Shown here piece by piece: positions 49,643 through 60,948 of a DNA stretch of 64,000 nt (position 1 is its first letter; every line of letters starts with the position of its first letter). The DNA is from an uncultured Chloroflexia bacterium (GTDB lineage: Bacteria > Chloroflexota > Limnocylindria > Limnocylindrales > CSP1-4): contig CAWHXD010000007.1 in NCBI GenBank assembly GCA_963833225.1, positions 160,001 to 224,000 on the forward strand, in the 5' to 3' direction. Both the position numbers and the translations under genes were made by a program. The notes beneath the pieces were generated by a model. It was given only the letters and a program-made list of their open reading frames with translations. It was not told where the DNA came from and ran no database searches.

Positions 49643-51080
49643 ATGGCAACCGTCCTCCGGGTCCTCACCGACGCGCAGGTCGAGCGCATCCACGAGGAGT
49701 CGCTGGCGGCCCTCGCGCGGACCGGCATGCGCATCGATTCCGCCGACGCCCGCCGGATCCTGGGCGAGGCCGGGGCGCAGGTTGACGAGGGCGCGCGGCG
49801 CGTGCGATTCCCGAGAGACGTGGTGGAGGCGGCGCTCGCGGCGGCCCCGAAGCAGGTCGCCCTTGGCGGGCGCCGGCCCGGGTTCTCGGTGGCCCTCAAC
49901 GCCGGCGACTGCACCCTCATGCCGGACGGCGAGTGCACCACGGTCTACGACCCGGTGGAGGGCGTCCGCCGGGCGCCGACGTGGGACGACTGGGCGAACG
50001 CGACCAGGCTCGTCGACACCATGGACGAGGTGGGCGCCTACTGGCAGATGGTCACCACGGGGACCGAGAGCGAAGGGGGGCCGGGACCCGCGGTGGCGCA
50101 CTGGCGCCAGGTCCACACGCTGTTCTCCAAGCACATCCAGGACGAGATCGCGACCCCGACCGACGCGAAATGGCTCCTGGAGCTGCTGGTCACCATCTTC
50201 GGCTCCCGCGAGGCCGTCGTTCGCGACCACCCGTTCTCGGTCCTGTTCTGCCCGGTGTCGCCGCTGGCCATGGAGGCCGAGCACACGGACGCCTGGCTGG
50301 CGACGGCGGGCTGGGACATCCCGATCGCGATCATGCCGATGCCGATGATGGGCACCTCGGCGCCAACCGGGCTGCGCGCGACGGTCGTCTCGGGCAACGC
50401 CGAGGTCCTGGGGGCGATCGTGCTGGCCCAGGCCGCCCACCAGGGCACGCCCGTCATCTATGCCCCCGCGCTGGCCGCCATGGAGCCGCGCTCCGGCCGC
50501 TGGGCCGGCGGCGGGCCGGAGCATGCCCTGCTGGGCGCCGCGACCACCGAGATGGGCCGCTTCTACGGGCTGCCAGTCATCGCGTCGAACGGGGGCACGG
50601 ACCACTTCGTGCCCGGAATCCAGGCGGCCTACGAGCGGACGCTCAACTGGTCGCTGCCGGTCATCTCGTGGCCGGACATCATGATCGGGCCCGGATCGCT
50701 GGGCGGGGCATCCACGCTGAGCCTGGAGCAGATGGTCATCGACGTCGAGGTCTACCGGATGTGCCGCCGCCTCCACGAGGGGATCACGGACGACCGGGGG
50801 GAGACCGACGTCCTGGCCGCGCTCGACGAGGTGGGCCCGGTCGGCGACTTCCTCGCCCGCACCCAGACCCGCGACGCGGTGCGCGGCGGCGAGTGGATGC
50901 TGCCCCACCTCGGCTACCACTCCACCTTTGACCGCTGGGAAGCGCAGGGCCGCCCGGACGTGCTGGTCGAGGCCCGCGAGCAGGCGCTCGCCGCGATCGC
51001 GGCCCACCAGCCGCTGCCGTTCCCGGATGCGGTCGCCGCGGAGCTGGAACGCCTGGAGCAGGCGGCGAGGGAGGAGCTGA
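49643..51080 (+). CDS. MttB-family (trimethylamine methyltransferase superfamily) corrinoid methyltransferase, non-pyrrolysine
   Basis: IHEESL..L...G, PVSPL, GTSAP, GNAEVL, GGPE, YGLP, LEQMVID; as assembled it runs on to 51328, probably an indel before TGA at 51078. Confidence 0.85.
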
Positions 51081-51083
51081 ACG

Positions 51084-52526
51084 ATGCGCTACGAGTCGGC
51101 GCTCCTGTCTCCCGACGAGGTGGCGCGCGTCCACGAGACGTCCCTGCAGATCCTGGCCGACGTGGGGCTGCGCGTTCACGGCGCCGTGGCGCTGCCCCTG
51201 CTGGCCGATGCCGGCGCGGAGGTGGACGCCACGACGGGAACCGTGCGGATGCCGCCGTCGCTGGTGGAGACGGCCCTCGCCCGGGCGCCCCGCTCGTTCC
51301 TGCTCGGGGCGCGGAACCCGGACCATGACCTTCCGGTTCCCGCGGGTCGGACCCGGTTCGCGATGGATGGGACCGCGGCGTTCGCGCGCGACTTCACGAC
51401 CGGGGAGCGGCGGTACGGGACCCGCCAGGACACCGTGGACGCGATGCGGGTGTTCCAGGCGTGCGATCTCGCCGTGATGGGCTGGCCACCGGTCGCCGCC
51501 AACGACAAGCCGGTGGCATCGCGGCCGCTCCACGAGTTCGCGGCCATGCTCACGACCCTGTCCAAGCACGGCCAGCACGAGCTGCACCGTCGGGACCAGG
51601 CCGCGTACCTGGGTGCCATCATCTCGGCGCTCGCGGGCGGCGAGGCGCAGGCCAGGGAGCGGCACGAGGCGTCGGTCGTGTACTGCCCGGTGGCCCCGCT
51701 CGTCCACGACGGCGAGATGCTCGACGCGTACCTCGACCTGGGCCGCTGGGACGTCCCGGTGTGCGTGCTGCCCATGCCCGTGCCGGGGACGACCGGTCCC
51801 GCGTCGGTGCTGGGCAACATCGCCCTGGCCAACGCGGAGGCGCTCAGCTCGCTGGTGATCTTCCAGGTCGCGAACCCAGGCCGGCCCGTGATGTATGGCT
51901 CCGCGGTGGGGTCCATGGACTTCCGGTCCGGGGCGTTTCTCGCGGGGACCCCGGAGATGGGCATCCAGTCCGCCGCGCTGACGACGATGGGTCGCTTCTA
52001 TGGCCTGCCGACGATGGCCGCCGGATGCGCGACCGATGCCCACGACACGGGCGCCGAGGCGTGCATCGAGAAGCTGGTGACGATGCTGCCCGGCATCTCG
52101 GCCGGGGCCGATGTGCTGGTGGGCTACGGGGAGCTCGACGGGGACCAGACGCTGGTCCTCGAGCAGATCCTGGTGGACAACGAGCTCGCCCACCTCGCGC
52201 TGCGGCTGTTCGGCGGCGTGGACGGGCGGGACGGAGCCGAGCTGTTCGCGGACGTGGCCGAGGTGGGGCCCGGTGGCAACTTCCTGGCCATGCCCGCGAC
52301 CCGGACCGCGGCCCGCAGCGGCGAGTTCTACGAGCCGGCGCTGATCGGCCGCGCGAGCTACGACGCGTGGCACGCGCTTGGCAAGCCCACGATGTACGAC
52401 CGGGCCCGGGAGCGGGTCCGCGAGATCCTGGCGGGGCCGGTCGTTGACCCGGTTCCCGAGTCGGTCCAGTCCGAGGTTGACGGGATCCTCGCCGCTGCCG
52501 ACGAAGCGCTCCGCGAGGAGGCGTAG
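51084..52526 (+). CDS. MttB-family methyltransferase, non-pyrrolysine
   Basis: VHETSLQIL, LGARNP, PVAPL, GTTGP, ANAEAL, MDFRSG, GTPE, YGLP, LEQILVDNE, VGPGGNFL. Confidence 0.9.
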   Translation: MRYESALLSPDEVARVHETSLQILADVGLRVHGAVALPLLADAGAEVDATTGTVRMPPSLVETALARAPRSFLLGARNPDHDLPVPAGRTRFAMDGTAAFARDFTTGERRYGTRQDTVDAMRVFQACDLAVMGWPPVAANDKPVASRPLHEFAAMLTTLSKHGQHELHRRDQAAYLGAIISALAGGEAQARERHEASVVYCPVAPLVHDGEMLDAYLDLGRWDVPVCVLPMPVPGTTGPASVLGNIALANAEALSSLVIFQVANPGRPVMYGSAVGSMDFRSGAFLAGTPEMGIQSAALTTMGRFYGLPTMAAGCATDAHDTGAEACIEKLVTMLPGISAGADVLVGYGELDGDQTLVLEQILVDNELAHLALRLFGGVDGRDGAELFADVAEVGPGGNFLAMPATRTAARSGEFYEPALIGRASYDAWHALGKPTMYDRARERVREILAGPVVDPVPESVQSEVDGILAAADEALREEA

Positions 52527-52646
52527 TCCCGCGCCGGAGTCGCGCCCGGCGGCGCTGCCGGGACCTCGCGGTCCCCGGCTTCCGCGGCATGATCGACGGG
52601 TGTGGTTGCGGCGCGGTCGGGGCGCGAGCGCGCTACCCTGCCTGCC

Positions 52647-53234
52647 ATGACCAGCGAAGGAGCCGCGCTCGATCAGGGTGTCGAGCCGGACGGTGATGAC
52701 GGGCGACTGTTCTGCTACCGCCACCCAGACCGCGAGACCTGGGTCCGCTGCGGCCGTTGCGACCGGCCGATCTGTCCGCGGTGCGCCATGCAGGGTCCGG
52801 TGGGCTTCCGCTGCAAGTCGTGCGGCAAGCCCGCCTATGACCCGCTGACCTCCCTCAAGCCGGCGCAGGCCGTGACCGGCGGCCTCGTCGCGGTCGGCGC
52901 CGGAACGCTGGGCGGCCTGATCGGGCTGCAGCTCGGCTTCTTCATCATCATCGTCGGGTTCTTCGCCGGCGGCCTGATATCGGACCTCGTGATGCGGTTC
53001 ACGGGCTACAAGCGCGGGCCGGCAATGGCGGCGATCCTGTTGGGCGGGATCGCGATCGGGACGGTCATCGCCTTCGGGATCTCGTACGGGCTGACGCTGG
53101 TGCAGTACGCCCAGCGCGGAGAGGGCGCGGCGGTCATCTACCCGTTCCTCTCGTACCTGGTCGACCAGGGCGTGTGGGCGATCGTCTACGCCGGCGCGGC
53201 GATGGCCGGAGCGTGGGGGCGTCTCCGGATCTGA
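52647..53234 (+). CDS. Membrane protein with N-terminal B-box-like zinc-binding domain
   Basis: CYRHPDRETWVRCGRCDRPICPRC...CKSC followed by ~4 TMs. Confidence 0.75.
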   Translation: MTSEGAALDQGVEPDGDDGRLFCYRHPDRETWVRCGRCDRPICPRCAMQGPVGFRCKSCGKPAYDPLTSLKPAQAVTGGLVAVGAGTLGGLIGLQLGFFIIIVGFFAGGLISDLVMRFTGYKRGPAMAAILLGGIAIGTVIAFGISYGLTLVQYAQRGEGAAVIYPFLSYLVDQGVWAIVYAGAAMAGAWGRLRI

Positions 53235-53272
53235 GGTCCCGAACTTGCGGAACCTCCCCCGGGAGCCGCCAC

Positions 53273-53403
53273 GCGGTTCAACGGTCCGGCCCGGCTGACG
53301 TCCGTGCCGGTGCGCGGCACGGGTGTTGCCCGGGGCGACGACACACCTGACGATTGTGCCCCCGGACGATGCATTCGTCGGGCGCGGCGGACCGTTGATC
53401 CGC
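53273..53403. repeat. ~131 bp imperfect palindrome between convergent genes
   Basis: GCGGTTCAACGGTCCG (53273) and CGGACCGTTGATCCGC (53388) 15/16 inverted match, further internal pairing. Confidence 0.65.
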
Positions 53404-53443
53404 TGGTCGGGTGGCCACCCGAGTGGCTGCGGCGCCGAAACGC

Positions 53444-54493
53444 TCAGCGGAGCGCCACGCCCACCTCTCCCGCCTCCACGTGGCCCACCCGCCACGCCGC
53501 CACGCCCGCGGTCACGAGGTCCGCGAGCACGGCCTCCGCATCGGCCGGGGCCACCGCCGCCAGGAGCCCGCCCGAGGTCTGCGGGTCGTGCGCCAGCGCG
53601 ACCAGCTCAGGGTCAACGCCCGCGCCGACGGTCAGCGCGGTCGCGGTGAACCGGCGATTGTGGCCGGCGCCACCGGTCTCCATGCCGGATCGCGCCAGGT
53701 CCAGTGCCCCGGCGAGCGCCGGCAGGGCTGCGGCATCGAACACCAGCCGCGCCCCGGAGGCCCGCGCCATCTCCAGCCCGTGACCCAGCAGCCCGAACCC
53801 CGTCACGTCGGTCGCACCGCGGACGCCGTGGCGCGCAAGCACCTCCGATGCGGCTCGGTTGAGCGTCCGCATCTGGTCGATGGCGACATCGAGGTCCGCG
53901 TCCGAGACCAGCCCGGACCGCCGGCCGCTCACGAGGAGCCCGGTCCCGAGCCGCTTCGTCAGCAGCAGGACGTCCCCCGGGCGCGCGCCACCCTTGCGGA
54001 ACAGCCGGTCCGGGTGCGCGGCCCCGATCACGGCGAGGCCGTACTTCGGCTCCCGATCGCTGATCGTGTGGCCGCCCGCCAGCACGCCGCCGGCCTCGCG
54101 GACCTTGGCGGCCGCCGCCTCGAACACCGCCGCCAGCGCGAGCTTCGGGAAATCCTCGGGAAAGGCCGCGATCGAGAGCGCGAACAGGACGCGCCCACCC
54201 ATCGCGAACACGTCGGACAGCGCGTTGGCGGCCGCGATCTCCCCGTAGGCGACCGGGTCGTCGACCAGGGGTGGGAAGAAATCGAGCGTGCCGATGATGG
54301 CGAGATCGTCGCTCACCCGGTACGCGGCCGCGTCATCGGGCGGCTCAAGCCCCGCGATGAGCGCGGGGTCGTCGCTGGCCCCCAGGCCCGCCAGCGCGTC
54401 GGCGAGCAGGTCGGCTCCCAGCTTGGCGGCGCAGCCGCCGCAGTCGGTCATGTCGGTCAGGTGGATGGGCGGCAGGACGGGACGCTCGAGCAT
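53444..54493 (-). CDS. selD: Selenide, water dikinase (Cys form)
   Basis: CGGCAAKLG, DDAAAY, TLDFFPP, AANALSDVFAMGG, GGHT, TDVTGFGLLGH, DPQTSGGLL. Confidence 0.95.
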   Translation of the reverse strand: MLERPVLPPIHLTDMTDCGGCAAKLGADLLADALAGLGASDDPALIAGLEPPDDAAAYRVSDDLAIIGTLDFFPPLVDDPVAYGEIAAANALSDVFAMGGRVLFALSIAAFPEDFPKLALAAVFEAAAAKVREAGGVLAGGHTISDREPKYGLAVIGAAHPDRLFRKGGARPGDVLLLTKRLGTGLLVSGRRSGLVSDADLDVAIDQMRTLNRAASEVLARHGVRGATDVTGFGLLGHGLEMARASGARLVFDAAALPALAGALDLARSGMETGGAGHNRRFTATALTVGAGVDPELVALAHDPQTSGGLLAAVAPADAEAVLADLVTAGVAAWRVGHVEAGEVGVALR

Positions 54494-54560
54494 CAGGCGA
54501 TCATAGGCGCCTCCACCGCGGTTGCGCAGGCGTAGCATCTGACCGGAGGTGTCCGACCGA

Positions 54561-55456
<896 letters not shown>

Positions 55457-55467
<11 letters not shown>

Positions 55468-56251
55468 CGTGTTCGCCAAGACGCTGTGGGATCAGCGGCG
55501 GGCGCTGCTCGGGTGGGCGATCGGGATCACGGCCGTGGGCGTGCTTTACGCCGCCTTCTACCCGGTGATCAACGTGCCCGGCACGGCGGCATTCATGGAG
55601 TCGTTTCCGCCCGCGATCATGGACGCGATGGGCTTCACGGACTTCATGTCGCCAGCCGGCTACCTGGGTTCGACGACGTACGGGCTGCTGGGCCCGATCC
55701 TGGTCGTGGTGATGGCCGCCTGGGCCGGCGCCGCGGGCATCGCCGGGGAAGAGGAGTCGGGCCGGCTGGACCTCACCCTCGCCCATCCCGTGTCGCGCTG
55801 GTCCGTGCTGGCCCAGCGGTTCGGCGCCGTGATCGTGGAGATGCTCGTCGTGATGGGTCTGCTGGCCGTGGCCGTGATCCTGGTCTCGGGCCCCGCCGAG
55901 CTCGGCGACATCGGTGCTGCCAACATCGTGGCCGCGTCCCTCCACCTCGCCGGGCTCGGGATCGTGTTCGGGGGCCTGGCGCTGGCCGTGGGGGCCGCCA
56001 CCGGGCGGCGCTCGTTCGCCTACGGCGTCGTGGCGATCGTGGGGGTCGCCGCGTTCTTCGGCAACAACCTCGGACCGTCCGTCGAGGGCCTGGCCTGGCT
56101 GCGCGATGTGTCGCCGTTCCACTACTACTCGGGCAACGCACCGCTGCGGAACGGGATCCAGGCCGGGGACCTCGCGGTCCTGCTCGCGGCGGCGGCGGCG
56201 CTCGTGGGGCTCGGCGGGGTCATGTTCGACCGGCGGGACATCGCCGTCTGA
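55457..56251 (+). CDS. ABC-2 type exporter permease
   Basis: Six TMs, IAGEEESGRLDLTLAHPVSR, SPFHYY, FDRRDI. Confidence 0.88.
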
Positions 56252-56320
56252 GGCAGCGACGCGCGAGTCCGCCCCGGTGCCTGACCCGGGCGGCTCGACG
56301 CGCTACGCTGCGGGACGCGG

Positions 56321-56417
56321 GGGAGCGGAGGGGTCCCGGTGGGCTCCCTGGTCTTCAAAACCAGTGGCGCGGCGCCCGGCGTCGCGCGGTGGGTTCGACT
56401 CCCATGCGCTCCCGCCA
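56321..56417 (+). tRNA. selC: tRNA-Sec (UCA)
   Basis: GGGAGCG../..CGCTCCC-G-CCA acceptor; anticodon arm CTGGT-CTTCAAA-ACCAG with TCA at 56355-56357; long variable arm; GGTTCGACTCC T-arm. Confidence 0.95.
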
Positions 56418-56448
56418 CCTCCCCGGCGCCTCACCCGGCTCACCCGGC

Positions 56449-56646
56449 TCAGCCGGCGGACTGCTTGCCCGGGGCATCGCGCCCGGGGGCCTCGACCCGC
56501 CGGGCGTTGGCGAGGACCGCCTCGCGGGTCGCCGTCATGTTGTGCAGGCGCTGGCCGTGCTCGATCACGGCGTCCACGACCTCGTCCACGGGGCCGGTGA
56601 CCTCCCAGCCGCAGGCGCATCTCGTCGTCAGGATCTCGGGTTCCAC
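56449..56646 (-). CDS. Small DUF1059-like metal-binding protein
   Basis: RCACGWEVTG..DEVVDAVIEHGQRLH; RBS GAGGAGG upstream. Confidence 0.6.
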   Translation of the reverse strand: MEPEILTTRCACGWEVTGPVDEVVDAVIEHGQRLHNMTATREAVLANARRVEAPGRDAPGKQSAG

Positions 56647-56656
56647 CGCCACCTCC

Positions 56657-57160
56657 TCAGCCCAGGTTCCGGAAGGGCTCCGGCACGTAGCCGGCGAGCA
56701 CCTCGCGCCAGCCGGGCGGCAGCTCGGCCGCCACGACGGGATCGTCCTTGGCGAGCCACGCCATGTGGCGCAGCCCGTGCTCGATGACCTGCTCCGACGC
56801 GACAGCCCGGGGTGCCGCCGTCGCCTCGCCCCGCGCAAGCTCGCTGCGACCCACGGGAAGGCTCTCCATCGCGCCGACCAGCGACGGGTCGATGACGGCG
56901 ACGAAGCTCAGGATCACCGCGTCCCGGTCCCGGCGCCAGGACGTGGAGTGGACCAGGAGCGGCTCGCCGACGGCGTCGCGGACGAGCCGCGCCACGACGT
57001 CCACCGGATGATCCGCGGCGCCCACCTCCACGAGCCACGGGGCGGCACCGCAGGGGCCGGTGATCTCGAGGTGGTCGCCGGCGAGCCAGACGACGAAGAT
57101 CTCGGCCTGGACTGGCCCCTCGACATCGAACGCCACACGCCAGGGCTCCACGCGCGGCAT
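56657..57160 (-). CDS. Hypothetical protein (possible degenerate Nudix-like fold)
   Basis: Coding-like ORF in operon position, HSTSWR, RHMAWLAKDDP. Confidence 0.55.
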   Translation of the reverse strand: MPRVEPWRVAFDVEGPVQAEIFVVWLAGDHLEITGPCGAAPWLVEVGAADHPVDVVARLVRDAVGEPLLVHSTSWRRDRDAVILSFVAVIDPSLVGAMESLPVGRSELARGEATAAPRAVASEQVIEHGLRHMAWLAKDDPVVAAELPPGWREVLAGYVPEPFRNLG

Positions 57161-57192
57161 CGTACGCCAGCGGGTCCGGCTACCCGGTCCCG

Positions 57193-58647
57193 CTACCCGC
57201 CCAGCTCCGCGTCCGCCGCCGTCACGATCCGGCGCAGCTCGGCCGCCTCGAGGTCACCCAGGGGCTCCGGATGGTGCTCGCGGAGCAGCCGCGCCACGGT
57301 CGATCTGGCCACCTCCCGCGCCTCGATGGCGGATCCGTCCTCGGCATGCCGGCCGGTCACCGAGGAGAAGCGCATCGCGCGCAGCCCGCCACGGGTGTGC
57401 TCCTGGTACAGGAAGTGCCCACGCGGGCCAACGTCGCGCACGATGCCCAGTGCCAGCGCCGAGGGGCTGGTGTCCAGGCCGGCCAGGTTGACCCGGACTC
57501 GCTCGTGCAGGTCCGCGTCCAGCACGATCTGCTCGTGGTACAGGACGGTGCACGCGTCGAGCAGCCCCATGCCGCTGCCGGTCTCCGCGCCGAGCAGCCC
57601 GCACAGGGTGAGGTTCACGGCCGATTCCGCCGCCACCTGCCAGCCGGGCTCGGGCGCGTCGGTCCCGAACACCCCGGCCAGGGTGGGCACGCTCCAGGCA
57701 TGCGCGATCTCCACGCCGGCGCCGTAGGCGACCTCGCCCGACATGGACGTGGACAGGTAGCCGCCGGTCCGCGGGTCCATCACCCCGGTCATCAGCGAGT
57801 GGAAGACCGGCGCTCCCGGGTGGACCAGCTGGAGCAGCACGAGCGCGGCGATGATCTCGGCGTCCCCCTGGACCAGGGTCCCGGCGATCGTGGCCGGCCC
57901 GGTCGAGCCGGCGTTGGCCATCGACATGATCCCCACCGGGATGCCGGCCTCGGCGAACACCAGGGCCGCCTCCATGCCCTCGTCGTCCTGGGCAAGGGGG
58001 GAGATCGCGCAGATCAGCGACGACAGAGGTGGGCGAGCTCGCATGGCGGCCTCGGAGCCCGCGATGACCCTTGCCATCTCGACCGCGACGCGGGCCATGG
58101 AGGCCCCCACGACGGTCTCGGTCTGGACGTGCTTGACGGTGCCCGAGAACGAGGCGAGCAGCTCGTGGACCGGGGCCGTCGCCGGGTGATCCGACGCGGA
58201 CACGATCGGCCAGTAGAACCCGACCGCGGGCAGCGCGTCCGCCACTCGGGCCATCGCCTCGACGTCGGCGAGCACGGACGGGCGAAGGTCGCCGCTGTCC
58301 GGGTCCACGACGCGGATCCCCGAGCCGTCGGTGGCGACGTACAGCGCCGAGCCGTCGAGGAGCAGGTCGAACCCCGGCTCGCGGCCGCCGAGGGTGTACG
58401 CGCGTGGCGCCCGGGCCATGGCGGAGAGCACCAGCTCCGGTGGCAGCCGGACGATCCGGGTGGCCCGGTCGACGAGCGCCCCATGCGCCTCGTACAGCGC
58501 GAGCACGTGGTCGGACGGCACGTGGACCCCGATGGTCTCGAGGATCTCGAGCGTGCCTGCGCGCAGGTCCGCCAGCTGCCCGTCGTCGAGCAGCCGCAGC
58601 CGGCGGGCCGACCGGATCGGCGCCAGCGGTGGCGTGATCGGGGCCAT
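57193..58647 (-). CDS. MttB-family methyltransferase, non-pyrrolysine
   Basis: TLEILETIG, LGGREP, TVKHVQ, ISPL, GSTGPAT, GDAEII, MDPRTG, EQIVLD, VGPRGHFL. Confidence 0.9.
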   Translation of the reverse strand: MAPITPPLAPIRSARRLRLLDDGQLADLRAGTLEILETIGVHVPSDHVLALYEAHGALVDRATRIVRLPPELVLSAMARAPRAYTLGGREPGFDLLLDGSALYVATDGSGIRVVDPDSGDLRPSVLADVEAMARVADALPAVGFYWPIVSASDHPATAPVHELLASFSGTVKHVQTETVVGASMARVAVEMARVIAGSEAAMRARPPLSSLICAISPLAQDDEGMEAALVFAEAGIPVGIMSMANAGSTGPATIAGTLVQGDAEIIAALVLLQLVHPGAPVFHSLMTGVMDPRTGGYLSTSMSGEVAYGAGVEIAHAWSVPTLAGVFGTDAPEPGWQVAAESAVNLTLCGLLGAETGSGMGLLDACTVLYHEQIVLDADLHERVRVNLAGLDTSPSALALGIVRDVGPRGHFLYQEHTRGGLRAMRFSSVTGRHAEDGSAIEAREVARSTVARLLREHHPEPLGDLEAAELRRIVTAADAELGG

Positions 58648-58651
58648 GCCG

Positions 58652-60127
58652 CTAGCCCAGCGCGCCCTTGGCCGCGTCGAGGATCCGCGTCAGCTCGGCC
58701 GCCTTGGTCGCGTCGAGCGGCTCGGGGTGGTGGTTCTCGCTGACCCACGCGGCCCGTTCGCGAGCGACCTCGACCGGGTCGCGATACCGGTTGTTGACCA
58801 GGTCGTGCTCCAGGCCGCGCTTGAGCGCCAGCTTCATGTGCTTGCGCGTGTGCTCCTCGGCGAGGTAGTGACCGCTGGGGCCGACACTCGCGATGACGTC
58901 GAGCGCGAGCGTCTCGTCGCTGATGTCCATCTCCATCAGCGCATACCGGGCCCGCTCGTAGAGCTCGTAGTCCAGGAAGATCCCCTCGGGGTAGAGCACG
59001 GTGTAGGTGCGGTCGAGGCCGAGACCCGTGACCAGCTCGGCGCCGGACAGCCCGCCCAGCAGCGGATCGAGCGCCACGTCGGACGCGGCCAGCCACGTCC
59101 CGGCGGACGGCGAATCGGTGCCAAAACAGGCGGCCATCGACGGCAGTCCCCAGCGGTGCGCCATCTCCACCGGCGCGTAGCGGGCCCGCGAGTCCATGGA
59201 GTAGCCCACGTAGGTCCCGGTCCGGGGGTCGGCCCAGGCCTTCATGATCGAGTGGAACACGGGCGCGCCCGGGTAGGCCAGCTCGAGGAGCACGATCCCC
59301 GAGATGACCTCGGCGTCACCGACGACCAGCGCGCCCGCCGACGTCGAGGGCGCGGTCGTGCCCAGCGTGGGCATCGACAGGAAGCCGACGGGGATCCCGG
59401 CCTCGGCCATCACCAGCGCCGATTCGAGACCCGCATGATCCTGCGCCAGGGGTGCGATCGAGCACACCAGGTTGGACAGGACCGGGCGCTTGCGCAGCGC
59501 CTCCGCGGAGCCGGCGACGACGGTCGCCATCTCCACCGCGAACCGGGCCGCCTCATCGCCCATGACCATGGCCTGGAAGTGCTTGACCGAGCTGTTGTAG
59601 CCGGCGTCGATCTCGTGGAGCTGCGACGTCCGCCCGTAGTCCTGCGCCGACACAGTCGCCCAGACGAACCCGATCCCGGGCAGCCAGTCCGCGACCCGCG
59701 CCTGGCGCGCGAGGTCCTCCTTGCGCGACGGCCGCTCCTCGCGGGTCACCGGATCGACCGCGGTGACGCCACAGCCGTCGAGGGTGTAGTAGGACACCCC
59801 CTCCTCGAGGACCAGGTCGAAGGCCGGGTTGCGCGCCGCCAGCGTGTATGAGCGCGGCGCACGGGAGACCGCCTCCCGGACGATCTCCCGCGGGAACTTC
59901 ACGATCTGCGTCGCGCGATCCACGGCGCAGCCGTGATCGCCGAGGATCTCCAGCGAGCGGTCGTTGGGGAAGCGGACGCCCACGTCCTCGAGGACCGCGA
60001 GGGTCGCATCCTGGAGCCGGTCGAGCTGGGCGTCGTCGAGGAACTGCAGCCGGCGGCTGGTCCGGATGGGCTCGAGCGGCGGGGTGGCGCTGAAGGTCGC
60101 GCTGCCCGTCTCCATCGTGCTGGTCAT
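58652..60127 (-). CDS. MttB-family methyltransferase, non-pyrrolysine
   Basis: TLAVLEDVG, LAARNP, SVKHFQ, IAPL, GTTAP, GDAEVI, DPRTG, VGPSGHYL. Confidence 0.9.
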   Translation of the reverse strand: MTSTMETGSATFSATPPLEPIRTSRRLQFLDDAQLDRLQDATLAVLEDVGVRFPNDRSLEILGDHGCAVDRATQIVKFPREIVREAVSRAPRSYTLAARNPAFDLVLEEGVSYYTLDGCGVTAVDPVTREERPSRKEDLARQARVADWLPGIGFVWATVSAQDYGRTSQLHEIDAGYNSSVKHFQAMVMGDEAARFAVEMATVVAGSAEALRKRPVLSNLVCSIAPLAQDHAGLESALVMAEAGIPVGFLSMPTLGTTAPSTSAGALVVGDAEVISGIVLLELAYPGAPVFHSIMKAWADPRTGTYVGYSMDSRARYAPVEMAHRWGLPSMAACFGTDSPSAGTWLAASDVALDPLLGGLSGAELVTGLGLDRTYTVLYPEGIFLDYELYERARYALMEMDISDETLALDVIASVGPSGHYLAEEHTRKHMKLALKRGLEHDLVNNRYRDPVEVARERAAWVSENHHPEPLDATKAAELTRILDAAKGALG

Positions 60128-60948
60128 GGTCTTGTCGCCTCCTGGGCCCGGTTGCTGGCGATTCGGCGGGTCCGCCTGGACGTGTACCAGGTGGCCCCCA
60201 GGATCGCGACACCGGTGGTCACCACCACGATCGTCGAGATCGCGTTGATCTCGGGCGTGATCCCGAACCGGATCCGCGAGTAGATGTAGAGCGGCAGCGT
60301 GGACGAGCCGACACCCGCGTTGAAGGAGGTGATGATCAGGTCGTCGAACGACAGCGCGAAGCTGATCAGCGCTCCGGCGGCGACCGCCGGAGCCAGCAGC
60401 GGCAGGGTGACGTGGAGGAACGCCGCGGCGGGCGTCGCCCCGAGATCGCGGGCTGCCTCCTCCATCCGGGGGTCCAGCGACACCGCCCGCGCGCGGACGA
60501 TGATCGCCACGTAGGAGATCGAGAACGCGATGTGCGCCACGGCGATCTGCAGCACCGATCCGTTGGCGTTGAACAGCAGCGCGAAGAACAGCAGCAGGCT
60601 GATGCCGATCACCACCTCGGGGGTGACCATCGGCAGCAGGATCAAGGTGTCCGCCACGGCCGCCCCGGAGCTCGATCGGAGGCGGGCCAGGCCCAGGCCC
60701 AGGAGCGTCCCGAGCAACGTCGTGACCACGACGGAGATCGCGGCGACCTGGAGCGTGATGTACAGCCCGTGCATCAGGTTCCTGTCGCCGAACAGCTCCG
60801 GGTACCACTTCAGGGTGAACCCCTGCCACGCGAACACGTCCTTGGCATCGTTGAAGCTGAAGATGATCAGGATCAGGATCGGGGCGAACAGGAACACGTA
60901 GACGACGCCCGCGAACAACGACAGCCAGCGATTGCGGTCGCGCGCCAT
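60124..60948 (-). CDS. potC: Spermidine/putrescine-type ABC permease PotC
   Basis: FSFN, FTLKWY, PEVVIG, EEAARDLGA, SFDD, TLP, PEINA. Confidence 0.88.
   Translation of the reverse strand: MARDRNRWLSLFAGVVYVFLFAPILILIIFSFNDAKDVFAWQGFTLKWYPELFGDRNLMHGLYITLQVAAISVVVTTLLGTLLGLGLARLRSSSGAAVADTLILLPMVTPEVVIGISLLLFFALLFNANGSVLQIAVAHIAFSISYVAIIVRARAVSLDPRMEEAARDLGATPAAAFLHVTLPLLAPAVAAGALISFALSFDDLIITSFNAGVGSSTLPLYIYSRIRFGITPEINAISTIVVVTTGVAILGATWYTSRRTRRIASNRAQEATRP

Noticed and set aside
53444-54493. SelD as a selenoprotein
   Set aside because: Active-site motif is CGGCAAK with Cys codons and no UGA
56417-56460. Integrated element at tRNA-Sec
   Set aside because: No integrase or duplicated tRNA 3' end; only a short 9 bp repeat (CTCACCCGG)
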